In this document: piece by piece, positions 24,200 to 36,589 of the stretch
How the letters are laid out: every line of letters starts with the position of its first letter
Numbering within the stretch: the stretch's first letter is position 1
Assembly (NCBI RefSeq): GCF_039654945.1
Contig: NW_027361964.1
Location: forward strand, 2,294,001-2,358,000
DNA from: Dendrobates tinctorius
Lineage: Eukaryota
Length of the DNA stretch: 64,000 bases
Reading direction: 5' to 3'
Program-made: the position numbers and the translations under genes
The notes under the pieces: model-generated
The model's database searches: none
Told to the model about the DNA's origin: nothing
The model's input: the letters and a program-made list of their open reading frames with translations, nothing else

Positions 24200-27100
24200 A
24201 TCTTGTTTCTCGTCGCAGCAGAAGTGGTGGACAAGAAGGTAGAAATGAAAGCAACAGCTGCATGCAAGAAGGTGGAAATGGAAGCAAGTGCCGCATGCGA
24301 GAAGGTGGAAAAGCATGCAATGGCTGCAAGTACAGCAGCAGAAGCAGCGGGCAAAAGGGCAGCAACTGAGGCTCTAGAGAAGTAATGAGAGCATGCCGCC
24401 GCCATGGCAAGGTTACAGATCCTAGAACAAGCTATCAATGGTGGTCAAAGTGACATCACCAGTTTAAGTGATCTTGATACAGGACACCCTCTGAATCGTA
24501 CAAGAGACTCTGTACTGAGCCAAAACGAGGCACCCTTGTCTCTAGCAATCAATCCTGACAACACAAACATTCCTCCAAGGATAAAGATCCTTCTCCTGCA
24601 TTCAAGGTCGGTACAACGCGCTGCCAACCCTTCATCCTGAACCTCCCTCATACACCAGAACATACCAGTCCCCTGCCCACACCCAATACACAGACTCCAT
24701 GTGCAAGCCAATATGTGGGAAAACCATCATTCATACTCTGGACAACCACACTGCTCTAGGTCCACATGTGGCAGAAACTATGCACATCAAACCAGTCACT
24801 GGACTAAAGGCCAATGCTGCACCATACTTTCCACATCTCTGTGTCAGGACGCTACCAATTACATGAATACCACTCAGCCAGCAACTGTCTTTCCAAAATT
24901 ATTAAAAATCCTGAGAGATCTGACTTTACAAGGTACATGATTCATTGTGAACTTACTAAGACTGGTCTCACAAGGTTCGATGATCAACCTGAGAACTATA
25001 GAGGTTGGAAATGTGCCTTTAGATCCGCAATTAGTGACCTCGCCATCACTGCTGCTGAAGAACTAGATCTACTGATCAGGTAGCTCAGACCACAATTCAC
25101 GGAGGAGCTCAAAAGACTGTCCACATCAGTAATCCAACGGTTCGTAGCTGCATGGGAGAGACTAGAACAAAGCTATGGTAGTCCTGAAGCCACAAGATTT
25201 TCCAAAAATATCTTGTAAGGACCAAGGAAAATTCTTAAAGCTCAATGACCTACTGTTAGAGCTCTAGCTGGCCAAGGGAGACATGAACCTACCTGGCCTC
25301 AGCTACCTGGACACTGCTCATGGGGGAGACCAGATAGTTTCTAAGCGGTCATACAATATTCAAGAAAAGTGGACCATACTTGGGCCAAGATACAAAAGAG
25401 AACACCAAGTTATTTTTCCTACGTCTTCCAACATCAGTGGGTTTATCAAAAATATTGCAGAATGTATGACTAACCCAAACATTTGCTTCAGAAAACCCAG
25501 TGGTCCTGCTTTATCGTCTCATAAATATGAGAGTTCATGATCTAATAACAGAAACCACAGCGGTCCAGTGTCAGGGAAAACGACTGATGTTCTTCCCACA
25601 CCTACAGTACATCATCAGCTCCAGACAACAGCAACAAACATGAAAAGGTTGAAAACCCTAATAGACTGTGTCCCATTCATAAGAAGTGCATCGGCTGCAG
25701 AAAGAAACCTGGAACACAAGGAGCTTCTAAAGAACTTTGGGGTGTTACAGATCTTGTACTTCCACTGAACACTTTGCTAAAGACTATGAAATTACTATTA
25801 AGTGTTTGGAGTGTGACAGTAAGGACCACATACAAGCGCTACATCCATCCCAACCTAACTCTGCAGCACTTTCACCTTCTCCCACCACAAGACATGGCGG
25901 TGAGGAAGCAGAACAAGCAGTGAGACCTACCTCAGCATCTTCTCATGCACAGAAGTCTGCGGAGAAGGCCTCTGGGGCAAATTGTGTGCAAAGATATGAC
26001 CGGTGAATGTGCATCCCGAGGATCAAGCAAATTACACCACAAAGGTGTGCATCATCCTAAATGGTCAGACCAACCGATCATTTGCAAGGTCAGGACTCTG
26101 ATCTGATCAATTTAAAGGGAAAATCTTACCTCTACACCTTGGTCACAGCAATTACATTCAGCCATGCCCACAGCATTGCTGAGTGAAGGAGAATATGAGT
26201 CACAGTAAGTGGCAGCAAGAAACCCCTGACAACATGGACACATGTTGTGAACTCATTTTCTGGTCTGCCTCTGGTTTCTGGTGAGAGAGCTGGTTGTGCT
26301 GACAGAGGAGTTGTGAGTTCTTTTTCCGGGCTCCCTCTGGTGGTGGCAGGAGGTAATGAAGCTGATCTAATTAACAGAGACCTGCCACCTGATAATGAGG
26401 AAGAGGACTGGACATCTGGAGTCTCAGACTGGATTTAAGACAGCCGACTCCATATTCCCATGCTGGTGATTTTTTCTTGCCTCCTGAGGTCTTAGTTTCC
26501 AGCTCAGTTCCTGCCTTCTCAAGCTAAGTTGTCTTTGCTAATGTTCACATTTGATTTGGTTTGGTCTATTCAGTTTTTTCTGTGGTCAGCCAGCCCCGGC
26601 TGGGGCTGTGCTGAATTTCCACTCTTATGTTACTGTATTTGCCAGTTTGCTTTTTTTGTCCCTTATTAGATTGGCCTCTTTTTGCTCTGTTCTCAGAATA
26701 TACCAGAGTGCTGATATAGTGGGTGAAGTCTAGTGACTTCAGGGCTTTTTTTGCTATCAGAAGTGTTGGACATTTTTGCAGGGTTTTTTGGCGTGATTGC
26801 AGACAGTATCTTTCCTTTCCTGTCCTTTCTAGTTAGAGTGGGCCCCATCGTTTGCTCAGCCTATTTTCCTACCTGTGTTTTTGTTTTTATCTTGTCTCAC
26901 CGACAATACATGTTTGGGGGCTATCTATTCCTTTGGGGTCTGCTCTGGGGCAGTTTTAGATCTCCCCTTTTCTTGCTTTAGGCTTATTTAGTCCTCCGGC
27001 TGTGCGTCTAGAATCATCGTAGGTACGCTCCACGGCTGCTGTTAGTTGTGTGGTTAGGATCAGGGGTCTGCAATCCGCGTAGTTACCAACCTCTCTGGTT

Positions 27101-27250
27101 TTCTATGACTTAGCTTGGTCTTGTTTTCCTCCTCGGTGAACCATTCATAACAGACACATTACTGTCCCATGATGACAACCTTGGGTCAACGATGTTTAAT
27201 TCTACAGTGAAGACAACAAGGTGGCACCTGCAAGAGAGGACAAATAATAC
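24200..27250 (+). mobile_element. BEL/Pao retrotransposon gag/protease remnant, heavily mutated, interrupted by the 26243-27152 solo LTR
   Basis: ELTKTGLTRFDDQPENYRGWK..F..AI..L....EELDLL (Pao gag type); zinc-knuckle remnants CYRSCTSTEHFAKD and CLECDSKDHIQALH. Confidence 0.75.
26243..27152 (+). mobile_element. Solo LTR, family X copy 1
   Basis: TGTTGTGAA...TTCATAACA termini; 6-bp TSD GACACA (26237-26242 / 27153-27158). Confidence 0.88.
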
Positions 27251-27257
27251 ATAAAGG

Positions 27258-27438
27258 CAGTAGCGTAGCTACCAGAGGGGCAGAGGGTGCGGTGGCCCCA
27301 GGCCCCTTGTTCTGAGGAGGCCCACCCAGAGCTACTGCCACAGGGTGTACCACCTGAGTTGTAATCAGGGTTACTGGTTATGGGCCCACTCAGAATTTTT
27401 GCTCCCGCCCCTGAGCTGAACCCCTAGCTACACCTCTG
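27258..27438. mobile_element. hAT MITE (181 bp)
   Basis: TIRs CAGTAGCGTAGCTA / TAGCTACACCTCTG; perfect 8-bp TSD CATAAAGG. Confidence 0.88.
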
Positions 27439-27469
27439 CATAAAGGTTATGGAAAGGGACTGTAACCTC

Positions 27470-27812
27470 TGATCCTCACAAGATCTCCTTCTCTACTCCC
27501 CTCTTATCTACTCTTTCCACAATCACATACAAGATTTCTCCCACACATCCCCCCTCATCTGGGACTCTCTACCCCAATATATCAGACTCTCGCCTAACGT
27601 GGCAACATTCAAAAGAAATCCTGCAGTAAACACAGATCCACCATATGACCATTTCTGCCCTCACCTACTGTATCCTCACCCATCCCTTGTAGACTGAGCC
27701 CTCGCGGGCAGGGTCCACTCTCTACCTGGACCAATAGGTGACTTGTTTTGTTCAAGATTATTGTACTTGTTTTCTATTATGTACACCCCTCCTCACACAT
27801 AAACCGCCATTG
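27470..27812 (+). mobile_element. Old L2 LINE 3' fragment
   Basis: CAAGATTTCTC..., TGTAGACTGAGCCCTCGCGGGCAGGG and TATGTACACCCCTC resemble the L2 ORF end and 3' UTR seen elsewhere in the window. Confidence 0.65.
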
Positions 27813-28430
27813 TCATTTTATTGTCCCTCTTTAGAGGTTTGTCTTTCCTCTTTCCCTGTTTTTCCTTCTAGCTCTGATGTATCTCCTCCCTTCTCCTTCA
27901 TTCTTCTTCATTCATTGTTTTTCAGTCATCCTAGAAGCTCATGTGTTTGCATCTCTGGTTCAGAAAAGTCTTTTTTACCTAATGTATTTGGGCATAACTA
28001 CAAGAATTCAAGTATCAAAAGCCTGATCATCACATTCACACTACAAGAGTTCAGCAGGAAAATAAGTCTTCTGGAATCTTCATACGTTCCTCCTGCAGTC
28101 GAGTCCAGCTGTTTGATGACGTCTCTATGTGTTAATAACAGTGTCTCAAGCGCCCCACACTCGCAGCTTAGTCATGGAGTACGAATTATCTTCTTTAACA
28201 ATCATCAGTCTGTGTGATCCTCCTTTTTTGGAATTATCTTCATGATAAACCTAATTTTATATTCTTAATTGCAGCTTTGTTCTCGCCTTTGGATGGAAAG
28301 GTACCAGACCACGTTCTCAACTTTAGGACAGGTGCACAGCACAGACACTTGTCCTGATTCTAGAAATATCTGTGCTCATCTTAGCTTTCCATGCAGAGAC
28401 TTCAGATGCATTAGGAGGCTGATATAAAAG

Positions 28431-29302
28431 TGTTATGAATGAGTCACCGAGGAGGAAAAAACAAAAAGCAAGCTAAGCCCAGAAAACCAGAGAGGTTGGT
28501 AACTAGCAGATTGCAGACCCCTGATCCTATCCACAACAACTAGCAGTAGCCGTGGAGCGTGCCTACGGTGGTCCCAGACGCCGCGTCACGGCCGGAGAAC
28601 TAAATAAGCCTAAAGAAAGGAAGGGAAAATCTAAACTGCCCCAGAGCTGACCCCAAAGCAATAGACAACCCCCAACATGTATTGTCGGTGAAACAAGATG
28701 AAAACACAGATAGAAAGATAGGCTGAGCAAACGATGGGGCCCAACTAACTAGATAGGAAAGGACAGAAAAGATGCTGGCTGCAATCCGCAAAAAACCCTG
28801 CCAAAAATGTCCAACATGTCTGATAGAAAAATGCCCTGAAGTCGCTAGACTTCAAATCACTATATCAGGACTCAGGTATATTCTGAAGACAGAGCAAAAG
28901 AGATCAACTGATCAGAGACAAAATGGAGATTCAGCCCAGACCCAACCAGGGCTGGCTGAACACAAAAACTAAGTAAACCAGACAAAACTCATATGAACAA
29001 TAGCAGAGAAAACTTAGCTTTAGGAAGGCAGGAACCAAACTGGAAACCAGAAGCCACAGTCAGGAAAAATCACCAGCAAGAAACTAGGGAGTCGGCTGCC
29101 TTAAATCCAATCAGAAACTCCTGATGTCCAATCGCAGTCCTCTTCCTCAGGTGGCCGGTCTCTGCCATTTAGATCAGCTTCATTACCTCCCTTCACCATC
29201 AGAGGGAGTCCAGATAGAGAACTCACTACATCTCTGTCAGCACAGCCAGCTCCATAACCCTCACCAGAAGCCAGAGGCAAACCCGAAAATGAGCTCACAA
29301 CA
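28431..29302 (-). mobile_element. Solo LTR, family X copy 2 (inverted relative to copy 1)
   Basis: Reverse-complement similarity to 26243-27152; 6-bp TSD TAAAAG (28425-28430 / 29303-29308). Confidence 0.88.
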
Positions 29303-29445
29303 TAAAAGGTAGGATGCGACAAAGAACAGTGGGGTCTAAATGAAGCTGCAGGGTGTAAAGGCGACTCTCCAGTCAGTCTCAGCCTATGTTTAGAGGGTGG
29401 TGGAAGTTCTCCCACAAATATGGAGGCTGAACATAACACGCTGTA

Positions 29446-30227
29446 TGTTATGATTGAGTCACCGTAGGAGGCAGACACAAAAATAGAAGCTACGTCCAGA
29501 AAACCAGAGAAGTTGGCAACTATCAGATTGCAGACCCCTGAACCTATCAACACAACTAGCAGTAGCCGTGGGGGGTTCCTACGATGCCCTATACCCCGGA
29601 GCGCTAAATAGCCTAAAGACAGAAAAGGAAATCTAAACTGCCCCAGAGCAGACCCCAAAGTAAAAGGCAGCCCCCAACATATAATGATGGTGAAGCAAGA
29701 TGAAAAAACACACACAGATAGAAAGATAGGCTGAGCAAACGATGGGGCCCAAGCTAGCTAAACAGAACAGGAAAGGAAGGTTGCTGTCTGCAATCTGCCA
29801 AAACCCTATCAAAGACATAAGCCAACAAGCTGATATGAAAAAGACCCTGAAGCAGCTAGGCTTCAAAAACTAAATCAGCACTCAGGTATTTTCAGAAGAC
29901 AGAGGTAAAGGAATTCAGCACACCCCAGCAGGGAATGGCAGAAATCCAGAAAAACAAAGCAAAACAAAGTGTAAGCACAAATGCAAAAGGCAGAGCAGAA
30001 AACTTAGCTTTAGAGGAGCAGGAATTCAGACTGGTCTCCAAGGATCCCACAGAGAAATCACCCGCAGGGCAGAAGGGCGTCGGCAGTCTTATATCCAGTC
30101 AGTAACTCCACTCAGCCAGTCATCATCATCAGACTCAGGTGTTTGATAATCAGGCTCACTACCTTTCTTTACCAGAAGAGGGAGTTCCTCGGGCCTCAGT
30201 AGTGAAGGGGAAAATGAACTCACAACA
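29446..30227 (-). mobile_element. Solo LTR, family X copy 3 (more diverged)
   Basis: TGTTATGA...CTCACAACA termini; TSD GCTGTA/GCTGTT. Confidence 0.82.
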
Positions 30228-30399
30228 GCTGTTATTGTTTACATCACATTGACATTTGATGTATTATATGATACATTACACATCTGCTGCCATCTTACAT
30301 ACTTGTATATGTTTTATGTTGCAGCTGTAAACCACATTACATAATTTATTGTGTTTCAATCAATTTTTCTTGCCGGTTCAAATCCATTATAAAACATGA

Positions 30400-31005
30400 G
30401 TATCTCATCCTGTACTGTCACCCTTCCTGGGCCCCTTTTGGAACTGATGTCCACCATCTTGTGACCCTTACTTGTATTGAATTTATTGTCTGTACATGTC
30501 CCCGCTTAATTGTAAAGTGCTGCGGAATATGTTGGCGCTATATAAATAAAAATTATTATTATTATTATTAATGACCCCATTCAGGACCCTTGCAGTAATA
30601 ATGTCCAACACAATGTGCCATTTACATGGAGAATGTTCCCCACCATTGACCCCTTGTAATAAGAATGTTCCCCATCCTGGGCCCCTTCTAATAATAATGT
30701 CCTACATCCATTACCCTTCCTGCTTCAATGTCCACCATCCTGAGGCCCTTTCTGTAATGATGTCCCCATCCAGGCCACTTCCTAGTATAATCTCCCACAT
30801 CCTGAGCACTTTCAAGTAATATATGTCCCCATCTTGGTTCCATCCTGGTATAAGGTCCCTCATTCTGGGCCACTTCCAGTAATAATATTACCCATACTTG
30901 GCACCCTCCAGTAGTAATATCTCCATTCTAGTACCATGTCCCCATTCAGTCCCATTCCAGTAATAATGTCCCCCTCTTGGGCTCATCCTGGGATAAATGT
31001 TCAAC
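30400..31005. repeat. Degenerate ~34-bp tandem repeat (CCCATCCTGGGCCCCTT..GTAATAATGT)
   Basis: Recurrent imperfect units. Confidence 0.6.
30468..30571 (+). mobile_element. Extremely 5'-truncated L2 (3' end only), same subfamily as 32651-35486
   Basis: Near-identical to ~35381-35486, including the (TTA)n tail; candidate TSD TGACCC (30462-30467 / 30572-30577). Confidence 0.85.
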
Positions 31006-32650
31006 CTTCTCCTCTAACACATTTTAAAAAATAAATGCTTCTTCTTATGTTCAGCCATTCCCAAGACGAGCAGCGTACTCCTCTATAGCTAGCACAAAGA
31101 CCGGCAGCTGACAGTCTTGCTTGCTATGAGCGACGCACAATTTATGGCTACACGATGCTGTCAGCTGCCGGCCACTGAATTACCCGTGGTATGTATTGCA
31201 ATGCAGGGACCCGGCGGGTCACTGTGCCACAACACATTTCAGGTGGATGTGATTCCTTGGACTCACATCCAGGTGAAATAGGTGTTGGTGTCGGCCGGCC
31301 CTCCTCCTGCATGGACCTGTTCATGGTCCCACCCTCTGCCACCAGGATCGCTACGCCTCTGAACCTCAAGCATGCATTGACCCAGGGGAGGAATTCTGAC
31401 TATATCACTTCTCCAATATCTATTAATAATTACAAACATTTCTTGCTTCTTTAATGTATTATGGCAACAAATGAACATGAAATTTTATCATAACATCAGA
31501 TTACTTCATAACAAAGCGTGAGTTACAATAAATCAGGAGGAGCCATAATCGTAACTTCTGCTCACTAGGGTGAAAGTGGCACGTGGTGCTTCTGATGCAT
31601 AAAATAATGCACTTTCTTGGAGGAGTGCTATGCATGGATTTCACAGACAGTACTCGTAGCTATGATATTCTATAGGGCTGTGTACATGTCCAATGTTTGT
31701 TTCTGAGACATGTCTGATTTTGATCCCTCAAAATCGGCAATGCAAGTCTATGGGTTCGTGAAACTAATCGGACCTCACTTGGATGACAGAATGAAAAAGG
31801 TGGAGGATCTTTTTTTTCCCAATGTCTGAGAAAAACCGATGCCACTCTGATCGTAGTCTGATCGTAGTCTGATCAGAATAATAGGACCGTGTTTTTTTTT
31901 CGGATGTGGAGACACTTCCCTTACCATAAATTAATCAACTCAGTATCAGACAATTATATTAATGCCAAACATTTTCAAGTCTTGAAGGAGATATTGTAGC
32001 ATCAGGTTTATGTGGACGACAGGTCTCCAGCTACTGGCTACCCAGCATGATATGACAGCCACACAGGTGGAAATCCATCGCTTGTGGTCATCTACTTCAT
32101 TTTACTGTCTATTCCCAATTCTGAGTCTTCTGTTAGATCTTTAGACCCATCCTCCACATCCTGGATTGATCTTCATTTGCTTATTTGCTTATTTCGCATC
32201 TTCCTACATGTAGATGAGCACCAGCTCTGAAGCATCTTTCTAAGCTTTGAGTTGGACTGGATGATGATGGCGACTTCGATTGTTGGGTAGGACACCCCAA
32301 AGAGCCAGTTAAGCAAATGCAGATCATCCAATTTAAAAGGGATTACTAAACCAAAGATTGCTACCAAATAATAAGATACAGAAAGCAGAATGAGCAGAGT
32401 CATTGTCCTGACAGCATTGAGGTAAATCTTCATCTGAGGGCAGGTAAAGCCCAACACTCCTTGTTTCATGTTCCGAATGTGTGCTAGCAGAAATGAAGCA
32501 GTGAATCCAGCTGAGAGGAAACTAATGATGAAGGGTGGCCAGCAACAAAGGAAGGTGAACAGCATCATGTACAGAGTATTGAAGGTGTAATCAGGGAGAA
32601 CGAAGTCCAGGGTACCATTCCCAGAAGGTTGTGGTTGGCTAATTCCACTT

Positions 32651-35486
32651 CACCACCTGGCTTACTCACTTTCTGTCCTGTGACATCCCCACCCTCATCA
32701 TGGGAGACTTTAACATCCCCATCAATGATCCGCTCTCCCAGTCTGCCTCTCATCTTCTTTCTCTAACTTCTTCATTCGGCCTCTCACAGTTTACTAATTC
32801 TCCTACACATGAGGACGGGAATACTCTGGACCTGGTTTTCTCCCGTCCCGGCTCGCTGCACAACTTTACTAATTCACCTCTCCCGCTCTCGGACCACAAC
32901 CTTCTTTCCTTCTCTGTCAAGAATTGTCTCCTCACCCGGGACACCCCCACTTACCACACTTATCGGAATACACGTACCATTAATACCCAACAGCTTAGGG
33001 ACAATCTCCACACATCTTTAGCCCCCATCTCCACCCTCTCCTGTCCAGACATAGCATTGTCACACTTCAATAATACACTGAAGAATGCCCTAGATGAAGC
33101 AGCACCTTCTATACGCAGAAAGACCCGACACAGACAAAAGCAGCCCTGGCACACAACGCAAACACGCTCTCTTCAGCGCTGCTCGAGGTGTGCAGAGCGG
33201 CAGTGGAGAAAATCTCTCTTAGCAGAAGACTTCATCCACTATAAGTTCATGCTCAAAACCTATAACTCTGCCCTTCATCTGGCCAAACAATCCTACTTCA
33301 CCACCCTCATCACCTCACTATCCAACAACCCAAGACGACTTTTTGAAACCTTAAACTCCCTCCTGAAACCTAAAGTACAGGCCCCCATCACCAACCTCAG
33401 CGGTGAGGATCTGGCCACTTATTTCCTAGAAAAAATCAACCACATACATCAGGATATCTCAGCCCTATCTCCTCAGTGCCTGGATCCCCTTCCCTGCCGC
33501 ACCTCAAGCTCACTAGACATCTTTGAGCCTGTTTCAGAAGAAGAAGTTTCCAAGCTCCTCGCTTCTGCTCGGCCTACAACCTGCAACAGTGACCCTATTC
33601 CTTCACAGCTCCTGCAGTCTCTCTCACCAGTGGTCACCACTCACCTGACTAAAATATTTAACCTCTCTCTTTCTTCAGGTATATTTCCCTCCTCATTTAA
33701 ACATGCCATCATAACCCCTTTACTTAAAAAGCCATCCCTGGACCAGAACTGCACTGCTAACTACAGACCTGTCTCTAACCTTCCCTTCATCTCTAAACTC
33801 CTGGAACGCCTGGTCCACTCCCGTCTAATCCGCTATCTCTCGGATAACTCTCTTCTCGACCCCTTACAATCTGGTTTCCGCTCTTTACACTCTACTGAAA
33901 CTGCCCTCACTAAAGTCTCTAATGATTTAATAACAGCTAAATCGAAAGGTCATTGCTCCCTGCTGATTCTCCTGGATCTCTCTGCCGCATTTGACACTGT
34001 GGATCACCAGCTCCTCCTCACTATGCTCCGCTCTATAGGCCTCAAGGACACAGCCCTCTCCTGGTTCTCCTCCTACCTCTCTGACCGCTCCTTCACTGTA
34101 TCTTTTTCCGGCTCCTCTTCCTCTTCTCGTCCCCTTACTATCGGGGTCCCGCAGGGCTCAGTCCTAGGCCCCCTCCTCTTCTCTTTATACACTGCCCCTA
34201 TTGGACAAACAATCAGCAGATTTGGGTTCCAGTATCATCTCTATGCTGATGACACCCAATTATACACTTCTTCCCCTGACATCACCCCTACCCTAATTCA
34301 AAATACCAAGGATTGTCTGTCTGCTGTCTCTAGCATCATGTCCTCCCTCTATCTGAAACTAAATCTCTCTAAAACTGAACTTCTTGTGTTTCTCCCCTCT
34401 ACTAACCTCACTCTACCTAACATCGAAATAACCCTGGAGGGTTCAACCATAACTCCCAAGCAGCATGCCCGCTGTCTTGGGGTCATATTCGACACTGAAC
34501 TTTCCTTTACTCCGTACATCCGATCACTCAGTCGCTCTTGTCACCTGCATCTTAAAAACATCTCCAGAATCCGACCTTTTCTCACCTTTGAAACTGCTAA
34601 GACTCTTACTGTCGCTCTTATTCATTCTCGTCTGGACTACTGCAACTCTCTTCTGATCGGTCTCCCTCTTACCAAACTTTCTCCTCTCCAATCCATCTTG
34701 AATGCGGCAGCCAGGGTCATATTTCTGTCCAGCCGCTTCACCAATGCCTCCATCTTGTGCCAGTCATTACACTGGCTACCTATTCGCTACAGGGTCCAGT
34801 ATAAACTCATCTCTCTCACCCACAAAGCTCTCCACTGTTCTGCACCGCCTTATATCTCCTCTCTCATCTCTGTCTATCGCCCTACACGTGCCCTCCGTTC
34901 TACAAATGACCTAAGACTAACATCCCCCGTAATCCGAACCTCGCACCTCCGTCTCCAAGACTTCTCTCGTGCTGCTCCAGCTCTCTGGAATGCACTTCCC
35001 CAGACGATCAGACTGATACCTAGCCCTGACCTATTCAAGCGCGCTTTGAAAACCCATCTCTTCAAAGAAGCCTATCACATCAACTACTCAGCAAGCTAAC
35101 TTTGCCCTGTTCCCTCCTTCCAAATATTATTCTGAATCTGCACCCTACTATTCATCTGTCTCCACACCCTTCATGCACATGATAACTGCACTTGATACTT
35201 GTCTATTGCACTTAAACACACGGGCTGATGACCGGATCATGCAGCTTTATATGAAAATCCCTATTATAATTGCCAGACCTGAATTAACAAGCATTTCTCA
35301 CCTACTGTGTCCCCCCATTTCCTTGTAGATTGTAAGCTTGCGAGCAGGGACCTCACTCCTAATGTCATTGTTTGAATTGTCTTAACTTGTATTGAATTTA
35401 TTGTCTGTACATGTCCCCGCTTAATTGTAAAGTGCTGCGGAATATGTTGGCGCTATATAAATAAAAATTATTATTATTATTATTAT
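32651..35486 (+). mobile_element. L2-clade LINE, 5'-truncated, young
   Basis: 11-bp TSD TAATTCCACTT (32640-32650 / 35487-35497); uninterrupted ORF2; 3' UTR ending in AATAAA plus (TTA)n. Confidence 0.95.
32700..35099 (+). CDS. L2 ORF2: C-terminal half of the AP endonuclease plus complete reverse transcriptase (799 aa)
   Basis: [20 protein letters not shown]; [58 protein letters not shown]. Confidence 0.95.
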   Translation: MGDFNIPINDPLSQSASHLLSLTSSFGLSQFTNSPTHEDGNTLDLVFSRPGSLHNFTNSPLPLSDHNLLSFSVKNCLLTRDTPTYHTYRNTRTINTQQLRDNLHTSLAPISTLSCPDIALSHFNNTLKNALDEAAPSIRRKTRHRQKQPWHTTQTRSLQRCSRCAERQWRKSLLAEDFIHYKFMLKTYNSALHLAKQSYFTTLITSLSNNPRRLFETLNSLLKPKVQAPITNLSGEDLATYFLEKINHIHQDISALSPQCLDPLPCRTSSSLDIFEPVSEEEVSKLLASARPTTCNSDPIPSQLLQSLSPVVTTHLTKIFNLSLSSGIFPSSFKHAIITPLLKKPSLDQNCTANYRPVSNLPFISKLLERLVHSRLIRYLSDNSLLDPLQSGFRSLHSTETALTKVSNDLITAKSKGHCSLLILLDLSAAFDTVDHQLLLTMLRSIGLKDTALSWFSSYLSDRSFTVSFSGSSSSSRPLTIGVPQGSVLGPLLFSLYTAPIGQTISRFGFQYHLYADDTQLYTSSPDITPTLIQNTKDCLSAVSSIMSSLYLKLNLSKTELLVFLPSTNLTLPNIEITLEGSTITPKQHARCLGVIFDTELSFTPYIRSLSRSCHLHLKNISRIRPFLTFETAKTLTVALIHSRLDYCNSLLIGLPLTKLSPLQSILNAAARVIFLSSRFTNASILCQSLHWLPIRYRVQYKLISLTHKALHCSAPPYISSLISVYRPTRALRSTNDLRLTSPVIRTSHLRLQDFSRAAPALWNALPQTIRLIPSPDLFKRALKTHLFKEAYHINYSAS

Positions 35487-36589
35487 TAATTCCACTTGGT
35501 ATAAATAGGATGCTTACAGCAAACGACAACAGTGCCGATATTAGGAGAAGATATGGCAGGAGCTGAAAAAAATTCCTCTTTAACCAAGTGAAGAATTTAT
35601 GACTGAAGGTTGTTGTGCTGGTGAAGTAGAAGAGACAGAGCCAGGTGATGAGCCAGTACTGGAAGTACATGAGGAGCGTTAGGATGGTCAAGTAAAACTC
35701 TATCACTTCCTTGATGAGAAAGGCATCTCTGAAGACCACAAAGAGCAGAGCCTCAGAGATCAATGCACTTAGCTGAAATAGGTTTACCACAGCAATGAAG
35801 AAGTGGAGCAAAGTGGACGGGTTCACTTCATTTCCAAGTCTGAAGATGTTTCTATTCACAACCATAAGGAAAGTGTTTAAAGTTATCCCAACCAGACTCT
35901 CCAGAAGACTGAAGATCATGAAGAAGAACCACAAAGAAAAATTCATGGTCAGCCTCAAGTAGGTTTCTTGTGATATTCCTGAATGTTGGATGCTTGGTGC
36001 GATGTGTCTGATGTCAGGTCCCTTGTGTTGGATTCTAGATGCTACGCACTGGATGATGGCTGCTGGATACCAAGTTTTGGTTGCTATGTACTACATGACC
36101 AATGCTGGGCATAGGAAGCTGAACATTGTGGGTCAGCAGGTGGAAGGTAGGGGATGTTAGACTTCTGCAAACCATCATTTACATGAAACTTTACATGCTA
36201 TTTGCTTATGGTGTAAGTTACAGACAACCAAAACTATAAACATAGAGGTGAAAACAAAATTAATTAGTTCAAGTATTTGTAATACGCAGATTATTAATTG
36301 GCAGTGATGGAGATATGTCGGGAAGAAAGTTTCAGTAAAACCAGGTCCTGGTGCCAGATGAGACTTCTTCACTACCTACCAAGTCATCAACAGCATGGGG
36401 CACATGTACGGTATGTGGATATATTGTAGGGGAAAATCTCAAAATGATACTGGTTGGATAGGTTCAGATTAGGTTGATGAGTTACCATCCTGTTAATGAT
36501 CTTAGTAAAGAAGTTACGGAACCAAGTAATGAAGAGCAATGTCATTGCCTCCAACAAAATTGCTGTAGTAGAAAACAAGGCGGCTCTAT

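Larger units (their letters stand above)
32173..35946 (-). pseudogene. TAS2R: TAS2R gene interrupted in ECL2 by an L2 insertion (parts 35946-35487 and 32639-32173; joined, 927 nt and 308 aa with no internal stops)
   Basis: The N-half has YWLITWLCLFYF...FSHKFFTWLK and the C-half has LLAHIRNM, NAVRTMTLL and IIIQSNSKLR. Removing the insertion plus one TSD gives in-frame ..[33 protein letters not shown].. Confidence 0.93.

Noticed and set aside
28431-30227. A two-LTR miniature retrotransposon (TRIM) formed by LTR copies 2 and 3 around a 143-bp spacer
   Set aside because: Each LTR has its own distinct TSD and the two are clearly diverged, so they are independent solo LTRs
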